Positions 60,886 through 64,000 of a stretch of DNA of 64,000 nt are shown piece by piece; position 1 is the first letter of the stretch; every line of letters starts with the position of its first letter. The position numbers were made by a program, and so were the translations under genes. The notes under the pieces were generated by a model, which was given only the letters and a program-made list of their open reading frames with translations, did no database searches and was not told the DNA's origin. Source of the DNA: Octopus sinensis (Eukaryota); NCBI RefSeq assembly GCF_006345805.1, contig NC_043007.1, positions 29,946,001-30,010,000 on the forward strand. The letters run 5' to 3'.

Positions 60886-61165
60886 CAATAGAACCTCGTT
60901 TACGAAATTAATTCGTTCCTCAAGGCTCGAAATGTTCGTAAATCGAAACTGTTTTTCCCTATTGGAAATCCAAGTGAAGGCTCAGCAAATTGAAGCAGGG
61001 ATGTACAATGAGCGAAACCTAGGCCGCCAACTGACGCCCTCTCGCTGACATTCTCAGCTTGTCGCTAAACCTTGTTCCTGGCTTGCGAGTTCGTTACTCG
61101 ACACACCGTTCGTTACCCGAGGCGTTTTATGTTAGAAAAATTGTTCGTAAACCGAAGTTCCACTG
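60886..61165. mobile_element. Tigger/pogo-like MITE with TA target duplication
   Basis: TA|CAATAGAACCTCGTTTACGAA ... TTCGTAAACCGAAGTTCCACTG|TA. Confidence 0.8.
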
Positions 61166-61689
61166 TATAGTATCTCTCATGGGTTGCTCTTTTGTTGCAA
61201 TTGACACCTCTCACTTGCAATGTCCGCATAATATTGTAACATTAACACTACGTCTAAAACAACAGCAACACCCGACCTATGTTTTAAGATCAAAGGCTTT
61301 CCAAACGTGACCATTCATTTTTTTTCAAGCTTCAATAGCCACAGTTTTCTTCATTATTTAGATATTAGTGTGTGATTTTAAGGAAGGCGAACTGCTGTTT
61401 CTAGCATGTAGAGTAGCCAAGAATTTTCCTCGTTAGTTGAATTTAGACATCGATGACATGACGCAGGAAGTTGACCATAAAACGGTGGAGCCCGTTGTTT
61501 CAGGTTCGAGTGAAGCAGATTCTGACTGCAATTAAAATAATGATGCGTCAGGGGACGGATGGATGATCAACTGGTGGTATTACCAAAATTAGGAGACCCC
61601 GGGTCTAAATAAATGCCTCAGTCTTCGGGCTGTTGTTGTTCATGTTGACGTTGTTGCTGATGGTGGTGGTGATGATGTTGCTCATACTG

Positions 61690-61927
61690 ATGACGGACGA
61701 TGATGACGACGACGGATGATGATGATGATGATAGTGGTGATGATGATGATGATGATGATGATGACGACGACGACGACGACGACTGACGATGACGATGACG
61801 ATGATGATGATGATGATGACGACGACGACAATGAATATGATGGCGATGAGCATGGTGATGATGAGGATGACTATTATAATGATGACGATGACGACGATGT
61901 TGATGGTGGTGATGATAGTGATGATGA
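61690..61927. repeat. (GAT/GAC)n microsatellite
   Basis: Seen directly. Confidence 0.95.
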
Positions 61928-62213
61928 AGCAGTAATAAGACAGAAAGAGAGAGAGAGAGAGACAGAGAGAGGAAAGAGAGAGAAAGCGAGAGAGCTGGTG
62001 CGAGATGTACTTCGCTTCATCAACTTAATCGATATATTTGATAAGTTACCTGGTCATTCAGGTGACAGGTGAGATATTTTGGGGTCGCTTGAGTCATTGA
62101 ATAAATTAGTTTTGCTTCCCAATTATCGTTGATGGTGTTGTTGTTACTAATCATTAGATGTGTGTATATGTGTATATGTGTGTGTATATGTGTGTAGGAC
62201 TTATACATATATA

Positions 62214-62600
62214 AGAATTAAGATATAAACTCAAATTAGGCAATCATACTTTTAAAAATATTTATGAAATATGAATATATATATAAAATACATAAAAATA
62301 CATGTAAATAAAACAAACGTGGGATACGTATGGAAGTGTGAGAAAAAGGGAACTGATAAAAACATTTTTTTGTACTAAAATTAAAAGCAGTTCAGAGTTT
62401 CAATTAAAAGATCCACAGAATTCGATGTGTATTTTTATTTTTGTATATAAATGGTATATAAGGTACATAATACAGTTCGGGGAAGTCCACTTCCTACGGC
62501 CATTCCAGTATGATTATTTTTTTTTAAATATTCATATTTTTAAGTCGTATTTATAACTGTATGAGTACGGTTGCCTAATTTGAATTTCTATCTTAATTCT
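62214..62600. mobile_element. AT-rich foldback/MITE-like element with ~37-bp imperfect TIRs
   Basis: AGAATTAAGATATAAACTCAAATTAGGCAATCATACT ... AGTACGGTTGCCTAATTTGAATTTCTATCTTAATTCT. Confidence 0.6.
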
Positions 62601-62708
62601 CATCTTTGGTCTCGGGTTCAGGCCGAGCACTTCTTAAGCAGTTTTATATTTTTCGTAAGAAAGAACAATAACAATATATGTTTATGCATGGATCTATCTA
62701 TCTATCTA

Positions 62709-62776
<68 letters not shown>

Positions 62777-62821
62777 ATATATATATTATATATATATATT
62801 ATCTATCCATCTATCTATCTA

Positions 62822-62907
<86 letters not shown>

Positions 62908-63476
62908 TTGTATGTGCATGCATTTGCATGAGTGTATGTGTGTGTGTGTATGTGTGTGTACGTGTGTGTACGTGTGTGTGTGCAAGCTTACGTATGTGTG
63001 TAGGCACCAGCTTCCCGGACTGTTTGTACAAAAGCAGATGAGTCAGGTCCTGCTGGGTGCTGCGGTGTTCAGGTGTGATGAAGGGGAGGCGTTAATCATT
63101 TATCAATAGTCAGTTAAAGAATGGTAACAACAACAACAACAACAGCAAGAGCAACAACAACAACAACAACAACAACAACGGTAACGATGGCGATGACGAT
63201 GACAATGAGGATGATGATAATAACAAAAACAATATTTGTGCACGCTTCGCTGTTTGCATTGTAGTGTTGCAGAGGTGCGGTGGGAGTGAGTGTAGCGGTG
63301 AAAGGGGTAGGAAGGGGGGAACGGGGACTAGCGCTGTGTTTGAAGGGTCTGAAGGTGGGTGTGTGTGACTGTCTTTCTTCTGTCCCTCCTTTCCAACCGT
63401 CTTCAGAAGTATGCGTCATACGTATATACCAATACGTATATGTATGTGCGTGTGTGTGTGTGTGTGTGTGTGCGTG

Positions 63477-63517
<41 letters not shown>

Positions 63518-63626
63518 TACATTTATATATGAAGATATATAAAGATACGGATGGTTATATGTTCATGTACACGTGCGAAGATGTGTCACTGTCTACGCAT
63601 ACATACACATTATCATATATCATCAT

Positions 63627-63695
<69 letters not shown>

Positions 63696-63807
63696 GTAAG
63701 TGTTGCGTGTGTGTATGTATATATATTCGTATATATATATATATATAGATGTATATATGTATATATATGTATGTATATATGTGTAGACAGTGACACATAT
63801 ACATACG

Positions 63808-63856
<49 letters not shown>

Positions 63857-64000
63857 GTGTGTGTGTGTGTGTTTGTGTGTGTGTGCCTTTTGCATGCACA
63901 TATACTTTCATATTAGATGTCTTGTTTTACTGATAACCTTTCCTATTTGATATCTAAGGAGTGTGTAAATGTATGCACGTATGTATATACATGTGTATTA

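Overview
AT-rich, microsatellite-dense eukaryotic genomic DNA. The repeat families (tRNA-derived SINEs, RTE/R4/CR1/Penelope retroelements, mariners, Helitron-type elements) resemble those of octopod cephalopods; this is an inference. Splice sites were traced by hand and give two + strand genes. The first is the last six coding exons (252-7007) of a probable DNAAF1/LRRC50-like gene. The second is a complete 12-coding-exon DH-PH RhoGEF gene of the ARHGEF39 type (10444-26794, 580 aa, all intron phases compatible) that ends in a CaaX box (CSLQ) and is directly preceded by an in-frame 26-codon uORF (TGA-ATG junction). An orphan minus-strand terminal exon lies at 32588-32770. From 33 kb on, the window is mostly transposon debris and simple repeats, with one 100-N assembly gap. 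The most unusual signal is a 14-unit, ~60-bp array in the 3' UTR of a young RTE LINE. Each unit can fold into an H-type pseudoknot plus a hairpin, and dispersed copies of the same tail show compensatory base changes. Other leads are two minimal hammerhead-like motifs, a 134-nt near-perfect hairpin, a PHD-type finger inside the RT, and a degenerate TGTGGAAA array.
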